A stretch of 59,384 nucleotides of DNA from Kiritimatiellia bacterium (GCA_029939545.1 JAOZSS010000002.1:1-59384), one strand, 5' to 3'. Shown: positions 10,198 through 19,435, counted from the stretch's first letter. Notes: generated by a model from the sequence alone, not told the origin. Program-made: numbers and translations.

Positions 10198-10244
10198 GAG
10201 TGGTTAGCCTCTCTTTCTCTGCGCTCTTTCGCGGCCAATTCCTC

Positions 10245-11015
10245 TTACCATTCAAGCACGAGGCCATCGTAGGACACATGCATAGTCTCCGGCAGCTTCG
10301 CCTGCGTTTCCACATGATCGAGGTCGTGGCAGAGGTGGATGATGTATGAGGTCGTGGCACCGATCTGCTTGAGCAGGGCGACGCTGTCATCGAGGGTCAG
10401 ATGGGTCAGGTGCGGCCGCAAGCGGAGCGCGTCAAGAATCATGACATCGCTGCCGCGGAAGGCGTCGATCGCTGCCTCGGTCATGACCGAGCAGTCCGGC
10501 ACATAGCCCAATGACCGGCCGTCGGAATCAAAACGAAACCCCAGGATCGTATTGTGCCCGTGTTGCACCTCGACGGGAGTCACGCGCACCTCGCCGATAT
10601 CGAACGGTTGGTCGATGGCAGTGAACGTGATGCGCGGCCGATAGAACCCCGCCACACGCTCGGTCGAGATGTAGTTGAAGACGCGCAGCAGGTTATCCAG
10701 CGTATCCTGCGACGCATACGCCGGGATGATCTCATCCTGGATCGTGTTGTAACGGCGGATGTCGTCGAAGCCGAAGATGTGGTCGGCGTGCGCATGCGTG
10801 AAGCAGACCGCATCGACACGCGGCAGCCGGTGGGCGAGGGCCTGCTCTCGGAAGTCGGGCGTGGTATCGACCACGATGTGCTTGCCGCCGGCCTCGAGGT
10901 AGAGGCTAGTACGTAGCCGCCGATTGTGAGGATCATGGGAGGCACAGACGGGGCAGTAGCACCCGATGATCGGGACGCCCGCCGAGGTGCCGGTACCGAG
11001 GAAGATCGCCTTCAT
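10245..11015 (-). CDS. MBL-fold metallo-hydrolase (PhnP-like)
   Basis: MKAIFLGTGTSAGVP...CPVC...FTHAHADH (HxHxDH) motif. ATG 11015 is preferred over ORF start 11051. Confidence 0.7.
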   Translation of the reverse strand: MKAIFLGTGTSAGVPIIGCYCPVCASHDPHNRRLRTSLYLEAGGKHIVVDTTPDFREQALAHRLPRVDAVCFTHAHADHIFGFDDIRRYNTIQDEIIPAYASQDTLDNLLRVFNYISTERVAGFYRPRITFTAIDQPFDIGEVRVTPVEVQHGHNTILGFRFDSDGRSLGYVPDCSVMTEAAIDAFRGSDVMILDALRLRPHLTHLTLDDSVALLKQIGATTSYIIHLCHDLDHVETQAKLPETMHVSYDGLVLEW

Positions 11016-11047
11016 GGAGGATATGGTGGGGTCTTTCGGTGCAAAGA

Positions 11048-11075
11048 ACAAGGCCGGACATGTGTCCGGCCTTGT
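11048..11075 (-). terminator. candidate intrinsic terminator after hppA
   Basis: Perfect 13-nt inverted repeat ACAAGGCCGGACA/TGTCCGGCCTTGT, 23 nt past the hppA stop. Followed on the minus strand by TCTTTGC, a short and imperfect U tract. Confidence 0.5.
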
Positions 11076-11098
11076 CTTGTCTTCGTTGTCCGGGGCAT

Positions 11099-13555
11099 CT
11101 ACTTGGTGAGGTACACCACCAGGTTGCGGATCTGGTCGCCGTAGGCCACCACGACGCCGGAGAACACCACGCTGACCATGGTCATGAGCTTGATCAGGAT
11201 GTTCAGGCTTGGGCCGGAGGTATCCTTGAACGGATCGCCAACGGTGTCGCCCACGACACTGGCTTTGTGGTGTTCGGAACCTTTCCCGGTGAGCGGGGTG
11301 GTCTGCTCTGTGTCATCCGGATGATACGTCTTCTCGTTTTTTTCGATCGATTTCTTGGCGTTGTCCCAGGCGCCGCCTGCGTTGTTGAGCATACAGGCCA
11401 ATGTAAAGCCAGTGGTCAGTGCGCCGACGAGCAGACCAATCACGCCCGCTACGCCGAGGATGATGCCCACGGCCACGGGAACGATGATAGCCAGCAGGCT
11501 GGGAACCAGCATTTCTTTCTGGGCGCCCTTCGTGGAAATTGCCACGCAGTTGGCATAGTCCGGGGTGCCGGTGCCGTCCATGATGCCCGCGATTTCGCGG
11601 AACTGGCGGCGCACCTCGTTCACCATCGCGCCGGCCGCACGGCCGACGGCTTTCATGGTCATCGCGCAGAAGACAAAGGCCATCATCGCGCCGAGAAAAA
11701 TACCGCACAGGAGTTGAGGATTCATCACGGACAGATCATAGGCCAGCACGAAATCGCTCATCTTGGCGCCGGCAGTCATGACGACCCGACTCACACCTTC
11801 CACGACAGAGCCATCCATGGATCCCTGATATTTGTCCGTCACAAACAGGACCTCGCCGACCTTCTGGGCACCGGCTATCGCGCCGTCAACAACGGGCTTG
11901 TTCGCCAGCTTCATCAGCCAGATGCGGATCTCTTCGAGGTAGGCGGCCAGCAACGCCATCGCGGTCAGGGCGGCCGATCCGATCGCAAAGCCTTTGCCAA
12001 TGGCTGCGGTGGTGTTCCCCAGCATGTCCAGAGCATCGGTTTTTTTGCGAACGTCTTCGCCCAGACCGGCCATCTCTGCGTTGCCGCCGGCGTTATCGGC
12101 GATGGGACCGTAGGCATCTGTGGCCAGTGAGAAGCCGAGGGTCGAGAGCATACCGACGGCGGCAAACCCGACGCCGTAGAGGCCCATGGCGAAGTCCGTG
12201 AATCCGCCGGCAAAACCGAACGCGCAGATAATGCCGAAGACGATGGTCAGAGAGGAGAGCCCTGTGGAGAACATGCCGACGGCCAAACCGTCGATGATTG
12301 TTGTGGCCGCCCCCATCTTGGTCTGGTCCACGATGCCCTGGGTCGGTTTGTAGGCGTCAGAGGTGTAGTATTCGGTCAATACTCCGATCGCACAGCCGGC
12401 AACGAGACCGGCGCATACCGAACCGAAGATGCCCCATGTTACGATTCCGAAGACGGCCAGAAGGGCGACCACCACGGCGATCGCGGCGGTACTGAACCAC
12501 AGGGGTGTGGTCAGGGCCTTCATCAGCGTTTTCATGTCCGACTTGTCGCCGCAGCGCACCATCAGACAGCCAATGATGGAGAGGATGATGCCGATACCGG
12601 CCACAATCATCGGCGCTATCACGGCATTGACGCCATGCAGCGGATTGGGCGCGCCGCTCGCGAGTATCATCGGCAGGGCCGCGCCGAGTGCCGCTGTGGC
12701 GAGAATCGAGCCGCAGTAGGATTCGTAGAGGTCGGCACCCATGCCCGCGACGTCGCCTACGTTGTCGCCCACGTTGTCGGCTATGGTCGCCGGGTTGCGG
12801 GGATCGTCTTCCGGGATACCGGCTTCGACTTTGCCCACTAGGTCGGCTCCCACATCGGCCGCCTTGGTGTAGATACCGCCGCCCACGCGGGCGAACAGGG
12901 CCTGGGTTGATGCGCCCATGCCGAAGGTCAGCATGGTGGTCGTGATTTCAACGTACTTCTGGTGGCTGGTCATATCGGCATGGACCAGTTGCAGTCCCAG
13001 GAAACTCAGGCCGGTTCTCATGTGCTCAACCGAGTACACCAGCTTATCGAGAACCCAGTACCAAGCGCAAATATCGAGGAGGCCGAACCCGACCACGACC
13101 AGCCCCATGACGGCGCCGGAGCGAAAGGCTACCTGTAGACCGCGGTTGAGCGATTCGGACGCGCCCTGTGCGGTGCGTGCCGATGCGTTGGTGGCGGTTT
13201 TCATGCCCAGGAATCCGCAGAGACCGGAGAAGAATCCCCCGGTCAGAAACGCGATCGGCACAAACGGGTTCTGAATGCCTATCTTGGCCAATACGGCGAA
13301 GATCACTAGGAGCACGAGAAAGACAATGCCGACCACCTTGTACTGAGAGTACAGGTAAGCGTAGGCACCATCACGCACATGCTGCGCGATTTCCTTCATA
13401 TTGTCCGAGCCTTCGCTCGAACCCATCATCTTCTTATAGAAGAAGAATGCAAAACCCAGCGACAGCAACGACGCAATGGGAGCGATCCACCAGAGCAGTT
13501 CCACCTTGTTCACTATGACGTCCTTTCGGAGTGTGACCGCCTCGCAAACGGCCAT
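11099..13555 (-). CDS. hppA: membrane-bound proton/sodium-translocating pyrophosphatase, K+-dependent subtype
   Basis: [55 protein letters not shown]. Ala rather than Lys after GNTT marks the K+-dependent clade. The ORF upstream of 13555 is Arg/Gly/Pro junk overlapping the cyclase gene. Alternative GTG start at 13513. Confidence 0.9.
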   Translation of the reverse strand: MAVCEAVTLRKDVIVNKVELLWWIAPIASLLSLGFAFFFYKKMMGSSEGSDNMKEIAQHVRDGAYAYLYSQYKVVGIVFLVLLVIFAVLAKIGIQNPFVPIAFLTGGFFSGLCGFLGMKTATNASARTAQGASESLNRGLQVAFRSGAVMGLVVVGFGLLDICAWYWVLDKLVYSVEHMRTGLSFLGLQLVHADMTSHQKYVEITTTMLTFGMGASTQALFARVGGGIYTKAADVGADLVGKVEAGIPEDDPRNPATIADNVGDNVGDVAGMGADLYESYCGSILATAALGAALPMILASGAPNPLHGVNAVIAPMIVAGIGIILSIIGCLMVRCGDKSDMKTLMKALTTPLWFSTAAIAVVVALLAVFGIVTWGIFGSVCAGLVAGCAIGVLTEYYTSDAYKPTQGIVDQTKMGAATTIIDGLAVGMFSTGLSSLTIVFGIICAFGFAGGFTDFAMGLYGVGFAAVGMLSTLGFSLATDAYGPIADNAGGNAEMAGLGEDVRKKTDALDMLGNTTAAIGKGFAIGSAALTAMALLAAYLEEIRIWLMKLANKPVVDGAIAGAQKVGEVLFVTDKYQGSMDGSVVEGVSRVVMTAGAKMSDFVLAYDLSVMNPQLLCGIFLGAMMAFVFCAMTMKAVGRAAGAMVNEVRRQFREIAGIMDGTGTPDYANCVAISTKGAQKEMLVPSLLAIIVPVAVGIILGVAGVIGLLVGALTTGFTLACMLNNAGGAWDNAKKSIEKNEKTYHPDDTEQTTPLTGKGSEHHKASVVGDTVGDPFKDTSGPSLNILIKLMTMVSVVFSGVVVAYGDQIRNLVVYLTK

Positions 13556-13644
13556 GTTACCCACTGCCCGCCGACTCCGGCGGGCAAAACTGAAACGAGC
13601 CTGTACCATAGCGGAGTGGAGGGGCGGGATCAATGAGAAAGGCA

Positions 13645-15909
13645 CTAATCCTTCGTGGCTCGCACGTACTCGCCTTCCCAGTCGTCCGGCGGGGGCGTTT
13701 CGCGGTAGCCCATGATGCGGATACGGAGGGTGTTGCTGGGGCCGTCGTCCGGGTCGATTCCAAGCGCCTCGGCCAGCTTGTAGAGGGCATCGTCCCAGTG
13801 GCGCTCCCAGTGCAGGTGCAGTGCCTCGGTGTAGAGTGAGGCCATCTTGCGGGTGTCGTCGCTGATGGCACCACGCTTGCCGAGGAGTTCGTAGACATTG
13901 ACCGGCTTGGATTTGCCCTGCACCACGATCTTGTCGAGGAAGCGCACCTCGATCACATCGCGCGCCGCCTCGGCTGTGGCCTCGCCGATCAGGATGGAGG
14001 TGCCGTACTCCTTGTTGGTAGGCTCCAGCCGCGAGGCGAAGTTCACGGCATCGCCCATGACGGTATAGGAAAAGCGCATGTCGGAGCCCATATTGCCGGC
14101 CGTCACGGTGCCCGTGTTGATGCCCATGCGAACCGTAATGGTCTGCCCGAACTCTTTCTCCAGCTCGGGCCGGAGCTGGGCCAGGCGCTCCTGCTGTTCC
14201 ACGGCAGCCAGGCAGGCCTGGGCCGCATGGTCGTCGGCCCGGAACGGTACGCCCCATTCGGCCATGACCGCGTCACCCTCGTACTTATCCACGTAGCCAC
14301 CGTGCCCCAGGATGATATTGGTCATGGGCGTCAGGTAGCGGTTGAGCAGTTCGGTCATCCGGTCGGGCTCCATCTGCTCGGAGATGGTGGTGAACCCGGC
14401 GACGTCGGAGAAGAACATCGTGGCTTCGGCGCGTTCCCCGCGCAGCGAGAAGCTCTCCGGGTTGGTTTCGAGGTAGCGCAACACGTCGCGCGACACCATG
14501 GTGCCGAACATGTTGCGCACATGCTTCTTCTGCTGCTCTTCCTGCCAGAACCGGATCATGGTCAGCACCGGGTAGATGAGGAGCGTGGAGAGCATGGTCC
14601 ATGCCGGGACAAATACCATCTGCCGATGTTTCAGCAGTAGGATCGCGGTTGCCAGCGACAGGCCAAGCGTCACGAGGGTCAGCAGGAACGAGAGCCACGA
14701 GCATCCACGCGAGATCAGGAACGTCATGAACAGGCCGACCAGGAGAATCGCCATGAACTGGGCGCCGTCCATCCAGTTCGGCTCGCGCAGCGCGTCGCCC
14801 GCGAGAATATTATCGACCATCGTGGCATGCACCTCGACGCCCGGGAACAGACTGGTCAGCGGGGTGGCACGCAGGTCGCGCAGCCCGATCGCGGATGTCC
14901 CCACGAACACGATCTTGTTGCTCAGGACACTGGAGGAGACCGTGCCGTCGAGGAGGTCAGCCGCCGAGTACGTGGGAAACGAGGAGGCTAGTCCGGTATT
15001 CGGATTCTCAGTTGTGGTGCGGTAGTTCACAACGAGTCGCCCCGACTTCGTACACGGGATCACCATGTCACGCAGCCGGAGTTGGACTACGCCCCTCTTG
15101 TCGTATTCGATCATGCACTGGTCGAGGCCCCGGTCGAGCCGGACCGCCTCCAGGGCGAGCGAGGGGTAGATGCGTTGCGGCCCGAACGCCCAGATTAGCG
15201 GGTTGCGGCGGACCACGTTGTCGGCATCGACCGACGCGTTGAAGAAGGCTGTTTCGGCGGATTTCCGGAGCTGCGGAATGGAGACGGTGATCTCGCGCGC
15301 TTGGGTCAGGTACGCGTTGATGTTGGTCGCTCCCGCGCCGCCTCGCAGGAAGAAACGCGAACCATCATAGAGCGGATCGGACGCCTCAGGGGCCTCGTTG
15401 ACCATCGTGGGTGACACGTGCATGAAGCATCCCAGGATCGTCTGGCCCTCCGACAGGGCCAGGGCCAGCAGGTGGTCATAATCATCCATCCCTTCAGGAA
15501 GCCCCTTGATTTCTACATTCAGGTTGAGATTGCGATGAAGGTCGGCGCGGATCTCGTTGGGCGAGGTCCGGTCGGCCTCTGCAAAGACCACGTCGTAGGC
15601 CACGACCGACGGACTGCCGCTGAGAATCCGTTCGGTCAGGCGCGCGGTCAGGTAACGTGGCCACGGCCATTGGCCCAGTTGCTGGAGACTGGCTTCATCG
15701 AGATCGACGATGGCTACCCGGCCGGACTTGGAATCGCCATGGACCTCTCGAAGCAGCGCATCGTAGAGCTTGTCCGACACCGCATCGACCACGTCGAGGC
15801 CGAGGATGAAGATGACCAGGCAGAGCAGTGTGACCAGGCAGCCGATGGTCCACACCAGCGGAATGCGCCGGAGCACTCGCCGACTGAATATCCTGCGCCA
15901 CCATCCCAT
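13645..15909 (-). CDS. CHASE2-sensor class III adenylate/guanylate cyclase
   Basis: N-terminal TM, CHASE2 motifs (VAIVDLDEASLQQLGQWPWPRYLTA, AYDVVFAEAD), three TM helices, then the cyclase core (FFSDVAGFTTISE, DKYEGDAVMAEWGVPF, GINTGTVTAGNMG). Confidence 0.85.
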   Translation of the reverse strand: MGWWRRIFSRRVLRRIPLVWTIGCLVTLLCLVIFILGLDVVDAVSDKLYDALLREVHGDSKSGRVAIVDLDEASLQQLGQWPWPRYLTARLTERILSGSPSVVAYDVVFAEADRTSPNEIRADLHRNLNLNVEIKGLPEGMDDYDHLLALALSEGQTILGCFMHVSPTMVNEAPEASDPLYDGSRFFLRGGAGATNINAYLTQAREITVSIPQLRKSAETAFFNASVDADNVVRRNPLIWAFGPQRIYPSLALEAVRLDRGLDQCMIEYDKRGVVQLRLRDMVIPCTKSGRLVVNYRTTTENPNTGLASSFPTYSAADLLDGTVSSSVLSNKIVFVGTSAIGLRDLRATPLTSLFPGVEVHATMVDNILAGDALREPNWMDGAQFMAILLVGLFMTFLISRGCSWLSFLLTLVTLGLSLATAILLLKHRQMVFVPAWTMLSTLLIYPVLTMIRFWQEEQQKKHVRNMFGTMVSRDVLRYLETNPESFSLRGERAEATMFFSDVAGFTTISEQMEPDRMTELLNRYLTPMTNIILGHGGYVDKYEGDAVMAEWGVPFRADDHAAQACLAAVEQQERLAQLRPELEKEFGQTITVRMGINTGTVTAGNMGSDMRFSYTVMGDAVNFASRLEPTNKEYGTSILIGEATAEAARDVIEVRFLDKIVVQGKSKPVNVYELLGKRGAISDDTRKMASLYTEALHLHWERHWDDALYKLAEALGIDPDDGPSNTLRIRIMGYRETPPPDDWEGEYVRATKD

Positions 15910-15927
15910 AGTGCTCCCGGAGGCTCG

Positions 15928-17421
15928 TCAGAGTTCGTTCATGTCATACAGGTCGGTCGCAAACCCGCCGTCGACCTCTGCATCGGGGCCGTGCGTGAAA
16001 CCGAAAGAGCCGAACGCTCCTGTGACCGGGTCGGGATCAGGCAGGCCGGGGCCTACGATGTTGCCCTGAATACTCTCGGCAGTGAGCGTGCCGTCCGGGA
16101 ACGAAAGGCCGTGGACCTCCATCATATAGTAGGTCTGGTTTCCGCTAAGTGTCCCGTCCGACTGGATGGCGCCATCGGCCTCGAAGTAGAGCGACCCATC
16201 GTCGCTCGACATATCGAAGGTGCCGTCCCAGTTCGGTGCCACGTTGTTTCCTACCTGCACATTCAAGTCGCACGTACCCTCGACACCAACGATCTCCCCA
16301 TCATGTAGAATCGTCGCCGCGGCATCGCCGCTTCCGGTCAGGTTGAAGAGCTGCGGGCCGATTTCCAGATCTGTGAACGCAGAGTCATCAATGATCCGTG
16401 TGCCGCTGAACGAATAGCTCTGCAACTCACCATCACACTCCCAGTGGCCCCAGTCCCAGTCAATGCCACTGCCCCGCGGAACAAAGACGCACGTCGGGCC
16501 AGGCTCTGGCTCTGGCTCTGGCTCTGGCTCGGGGTCCGGCTCTGGCTCGGGGTCGGGTTCGGGATCAGGTTCTGGCTCTGGCTCTGGAGGTGGCGGGTCT
16601 GGTAGCGGCAATTCAGAAGGAGGGCGTGGTCCGAGCGGTGGGGTGGCACCCGCCTTGGGAAGAAAGCTGCCCAGTCCGGCGAGGAACAGGTCGGGAGAAA
16701 GATCATCCACTTTGAACCCGCGGATTGAGATGTCGTCGCCCACCTCTACGGCGCTCAGGAAGGCGGCGAGAAGCTCGGAAGGCAGGTCGAGCACCTGTAT
16801 CGGCTTGCCCTTGCGAAGCAGAACGCGTTTGCGTGATTCGTCAATCAGGATCTCTGTGCGGCCGCTTTTCTTTCGTCCTCGCCCGAACAGCGACCATCTC
16901 CCGCCGCCGGAAGCCTGTGCGTCTGTCTCGACCGAGACCTGTTCCGGACCATGCAGCGTGATGATGTAGATGTCTTCAGCATCGGGCAGTACTTTGAAAC
17001 CGAGGTCGCAGCCGCGGATACCGATTGTGGCCATGCGTGTCCTGACCTTGAAGCGTTTTGGATTCAGCCGCGTGATCTTGTCGGTAACCACTCTGAACAG
17101 GCCCTTGGTTATTCCCAGCTTAGCACGGTTGCGTGACTTTTGGTTGGGGTCATAGACATACTCGTCAATTACCAGTTCACTCTTCTCGCCCTGGGAGACA
17201 AGGGAGTCGTCCACGAACAGGATTTGCAGCTTGCTGCCTTCGTCCGTACTGATCCGGTCGAGCGGAAACACCGGGCTCTGGATCGCCAGCGCACGCCGCG
17301 CCCCTTTCTGGTTCACGGCCGAGGCCGTGCCTTCCAGCGCAACAACTTTCCCGGCCGGGTCCACGACGGCGAACGCTACCCCCAGGGACGTGACGCTCAG
17401 CAACATGGCAAGGCAGAGCAT
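15928..17421 (-). CDS. secreted FecR-domain protein with (PE/PD)n linker and TbpB-like C-terminal beta domain
   Basis: Signal peptide MLCLAMLLSVTSLGVAFA. FecR motifs (GKVVALEGTASAV, DRISTDEGSKLQILFVDDS, ATIGIRGCDLGFKV). PEPEPEPDPEPDPEPEPDPEPEPEPEPEP spacer. C-terminus GAFGSFGFTHGPDAEVDGGFATDL. An alternative coupled start at 17493 reads through the heptad repeat. Confidence 0.7.
   Translation of the reverse strand: MLCLAMLLSVTSLGVAFAVVDPAGKVVALEGTASAVNQKGARRALAIQSPVFPLDRISTDEGSKLQILFVDDSLVSQGEKSELVIDEYVYDPNQKSRNRAKLGITKGLFRVVTDKITRLNPKRFKVRTRMATIGIRGCDLGFKVLPDAEDIYIITLHGPEQVSVETDAQASGGGRWSLFGRGRKKSGRTEILIDESRKRVLLRKGKPIQVLDLPSELLAAFLSAVEVGDDISIRGFKVDDLSPDLFLAGLGSFLPKAGATPPLGPRPPSELPLPDPPPPEPEPEPDPEPDPEPEPDPEPEPEPEPEPGPTCVFVPRGSGIDWDWGHWECDGELQSYSFSGTRIIDDSAFTDLEIGPQLFNLTGSGDAAATILHDGEIVGVEGTCDLNVQVGNNVAPNWDGTFDMSSDDGSLYFEADGAIQSDGTLSGNQTYYMMEVHGLSFPDGTLTAESIQGNIVGPGLPDPDPVTGAFGSFGFTHGPDAEVDGGFATDLYDMNEL
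16502..16587 (-). repeat. imperfect hexanucleotide microsatellite (GGCTCT/GGGTCN)n encoding the Pro-Glu/Pro-Asp linker
   Basis: Read directly in the sequence; in frame within the FecR-domain gene. Confidence 0.9.
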
Positions 17422-17455
17422 TCTGCGCCTGAGCCTTGGGGTATTGGTGGGGGTA

Positions 17456-17483
17456 CATTCCGCATTCCGCATTCCGCATTCCG
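17456..17483 (-). repeat. four perfect tandem heptamers (plus CATTCCG; sense GCGGAAT), degenerate fifth unit to 17490
   Basis: Read directly. Lies between the barrel-gene stop (17493-17495) and the FecR-gene ATG 17421. Confidence 0.95.
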
Positions 17484-17492
17484 CATTTCTCA

Positions 17493-18995
17493 TCAGAACC
17501 TCCCCCAGTAACCCAACATGGTCACGTTGCGGTCATAGTCATACAGCTCAAACGTGGAAGCGTTGTCGGTGTATTGGTGCTTCAACTCTAGCCCCGTCTT
17601 CCCGAACAGTCGCAACGTTGCCTTGGCGTTGAGCTGTAGTCGTTCGTCCACCCGGTCTCGCGGGGCCAGCACCTCGCGTGCATCATGCTCATTGCGAGTG
17701 TAGCGGGCCGAGGCAGACAGGTTCAGCCGCCCCCAGATAACGGTTGCTCCAGCCACACCGGAAAGCCCGGTATAGGAGAAGATGGCCGCATCGGCATTGT
17801 TGTCGGCCACGCGCAGCCCGGCGAACACCGATGTGTTGTCGGTCAGCATGAGTCGTGCGGTCTGCTCCAGACCAAGATAGAGCCCGTCATAGGTATTGCG
17901 CGTATCGTACTCACGGTGTTCAGCCAGCAGGGCTGAGATCCAGTAGAGGCGGTGACCGCCTGGCTTGAAGATGCGCAGATAGGCCGGCATGATTCCGACG
18001 GTGTCGACCAACGGATCGGAGCCGTCCCAGATGCGTGCAGCACGTACGACTCCCTTGAAGATCCCTTTTTTCGATGCATGCTTGACCCCGAGCGCCACGC
18101 GCACGAGGCGAGTCTCATACCCTTCTTTTGATTCGAACGGGTACCCGAGCACGGCGCACAACAGACGTTTGTCAGAGTCCTGTTCATCGAGCCAGTTCTC
18201 GTAGTAATTCAGGTCTGCGGCCGCTCCCCATCCGCCGGACTGACCAAAGTCATAGAGCGTTTCCACGGTGGCGGCGGCATAGGCCCCGCTGGTATCGACC
18301 GGTTGGGACTCTCGATCTACCGACAGCTCTGTGAAAACGTACGGTCCCATGCTGATGGGGGAGACCGCCACGGTATCGCTGCTGGGCCCCACGTTGACGT
18401 TATCATCGTGGATGGCCCCCGCGTCGAGCCGCACTGACACATGGAAGCGTTTGCCTTGGCGATCGATCTCGGCTAGCTGCCTCTTGATCTTACGGGCCAC
18501 GTTCTCGGGTGGGTCCTGGGCGAGGACATGCTCGTAGGTGCGACGGGCGACATCGTGTCGGCCCGACAGTGTGCAGACTCGCGCCAGCTCGACCCCGGCC
18601 CGGTGGTTGTCCGGGGAGATCTGGATAACGCGTTCGAACGCCAGCTCGGCCCGGGCCAGGTCGTTGCGCTTGACCGAGAGCACGCCGATGATGAAGTTGA
18701 GCTCGGGGACACGCGGGTGCTCACGCATCAGCCCGGCCAGCAGGTGCCATGCCCGGTCGAGCGACTCCTGCGGCAGGGGGTGCGTCGGCTCGTGAGGGCC
18801 GCGCGTGAACGTTTCAAAGTAGGCGGCCTGGGTTTCGGTCAGTAGCGACATGACCTCTGCCCGTTTGCCCGCCCTCAAGGCCACTTGCAGGGCCGTCTCA
18901 CCTTCCGCGTTGCGGAACGGTTCCTCCGCTCGGGCAAGTGTTCCCACGATCAACAATATCGTGCTCGCAAGCACCAACCATCTGCGCATCGTCAT
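17493..18995 (-). CDS. outer-membrane protein: N-terminal TPR domain + C-terminal beta-barrel, Slam/DUF560 (type XI secretion)-like
   Basis: Signal peptide MTMRRWLVLASTILLIVGTLARA and about 160 aa of TPR-like helices. These are followed by about 310 aa of amphipathic beta strands (HDDNVNVGP..., ...RVDERLQLNAKATLRL...YTDNASTFELYDYDRNVTMLGYWGRF) with a terminal Phe. Size and layout match Neisseria Slam. Family call is by eye only. Confidence 0.55.
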   Translation of the reverse strand: MTMRRWLVLASTILLIVGTLARAEEPFRNAEGETALQVALRAGKRAEVMSLLTETQAAYFETFTRGPHEPTHPLPQESLDRAWHLLAGLMREHPRVPELNFIIGVLSVKRNDLARAELAFERVIQISPDNHRAGVELARVCTLSGRHDVARRTYEHVLAQDPPENVARKIKRQLAEIDRQGKRFHVSVRLDAGAIHDDNVNVGPSSDTVAVSPISMGPYVFTELSVDRESQPVDTSGAYAAATVETLYDFGQSGGWGAAADLNYYENWLDEQDSDKRLLCAVLGYPFESKEGYETRLVRVALGVKHASKKGIFKGVVRAARIWDGSDPLVDTVGIMPAYLRIFKPGGHRLYWISALLAEHREYDTRNTYDGLYLGLEQTARLMLTDNTSVFAGLRVADNNADAAIFSYTGLSGVAGATVIWGRLNLSASARYTRNEHDAREVLAPRDRVDERLQLNAKATLRLFGKTGLELKHQYTDNASTFELYDYDRNVTMLGYWGRF

Positions 18996-19094
18996 CCACT
19001 CCGCCTCTCGCGAATCAGCGTCAAGTCACCCGTCACATAAATACGATAGCACAACCGTGTCCCAAGCGGGGGGAGGAAGTCAAGGGCGCAGAGG

Positions 19095-19129
19095 TCGGAG
19101 GTCGGAAGCCGGAGGTCGGAAGCCGGAGG
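19095..19129 (+). repeat. five tandem heptads TCGGAGG TCGGAAG CCGGAGG TCGGAAG CCGGAGG (14-mer x2.5)
   Basis: Read directly. Lies 63 nt upstream of the ATG at 19193, on its sense strand. Confidence 0.9.
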
Positions 19130-19192
19130 GGGGCAGGAAAGGGTTGTGGGCTCAGTGTCAGACTGTAGAGTAGATATGAAAGGGGGTGTGTC

Positions 19193-19435
19193 ATGGCTAT
19201 CATTGCGGTCAGGACGTTCTTTATGTGGTGCTCGATCCTGAACTTCGCGCTGCTGATCTTGTCGTTTCTGCTTTGTGCGGGTGGCGCAGGCTGGGTTTAC
19301 CGTATTCACAGCAAGTGGTTCCCGCTGCCTCGCGAGACGTTCAGCGCGATGCTCTATGGATTCCTTGGCGTCTACAAGATGCTCTGGTTCGTCTTCAACG
19401 TCATTCCGTACGTCGCCCTCGTCATCATGACGTGA
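19193..19435 (+). CDS. small conserved membrane protein (2-3 TM; resembles a DUF6868-type family, name from memory)
   Basis: 80 aa with hydrophobic segments FFMWCSILNFALLILSFLL and MLWFVFNVIPYVALVIM. GAAAGGGGG Shine-Dalgarno lies 8 nt upstream. Confidence 0.55.
   Translation: MAIIAVRTFFMWCSILNFALLILSFLLCAGGAGWVYRIHSKWFPLPRETFSAMLYGFLGVYKMLWFVFNVIPYVALVIMT

Noticed and set aside
11039-12130. 363-aa plus-strand ORF
   Set aside because: Antisense to hppA, which has unambiguous pyrophosphatase motifs. The composition (H/G/A/D runs) is shadow-like.
13556-14257. N-terminal 234-codon extension of the hppA ORF (ORF track 11099..14257)
   Set aside because: It overlaps the 3' end of the cyclase gene in another frame and translates to Arg/Gly/Pro-rich sequence with no PPase similarity. 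PPase homology starts at about [12 protein letters not shown].
17421-17493. Twin-arginine (Tat) signal in the extended FecR N-terminus (PRLRRRMLCLAML)
   Set aside because: RRR is present, but the flanking consensus (S/T-R-R-x-F-L-K) is poor and the extension is repeat-derived. A plain Sec signal from ATG 17421 explains the sequence.
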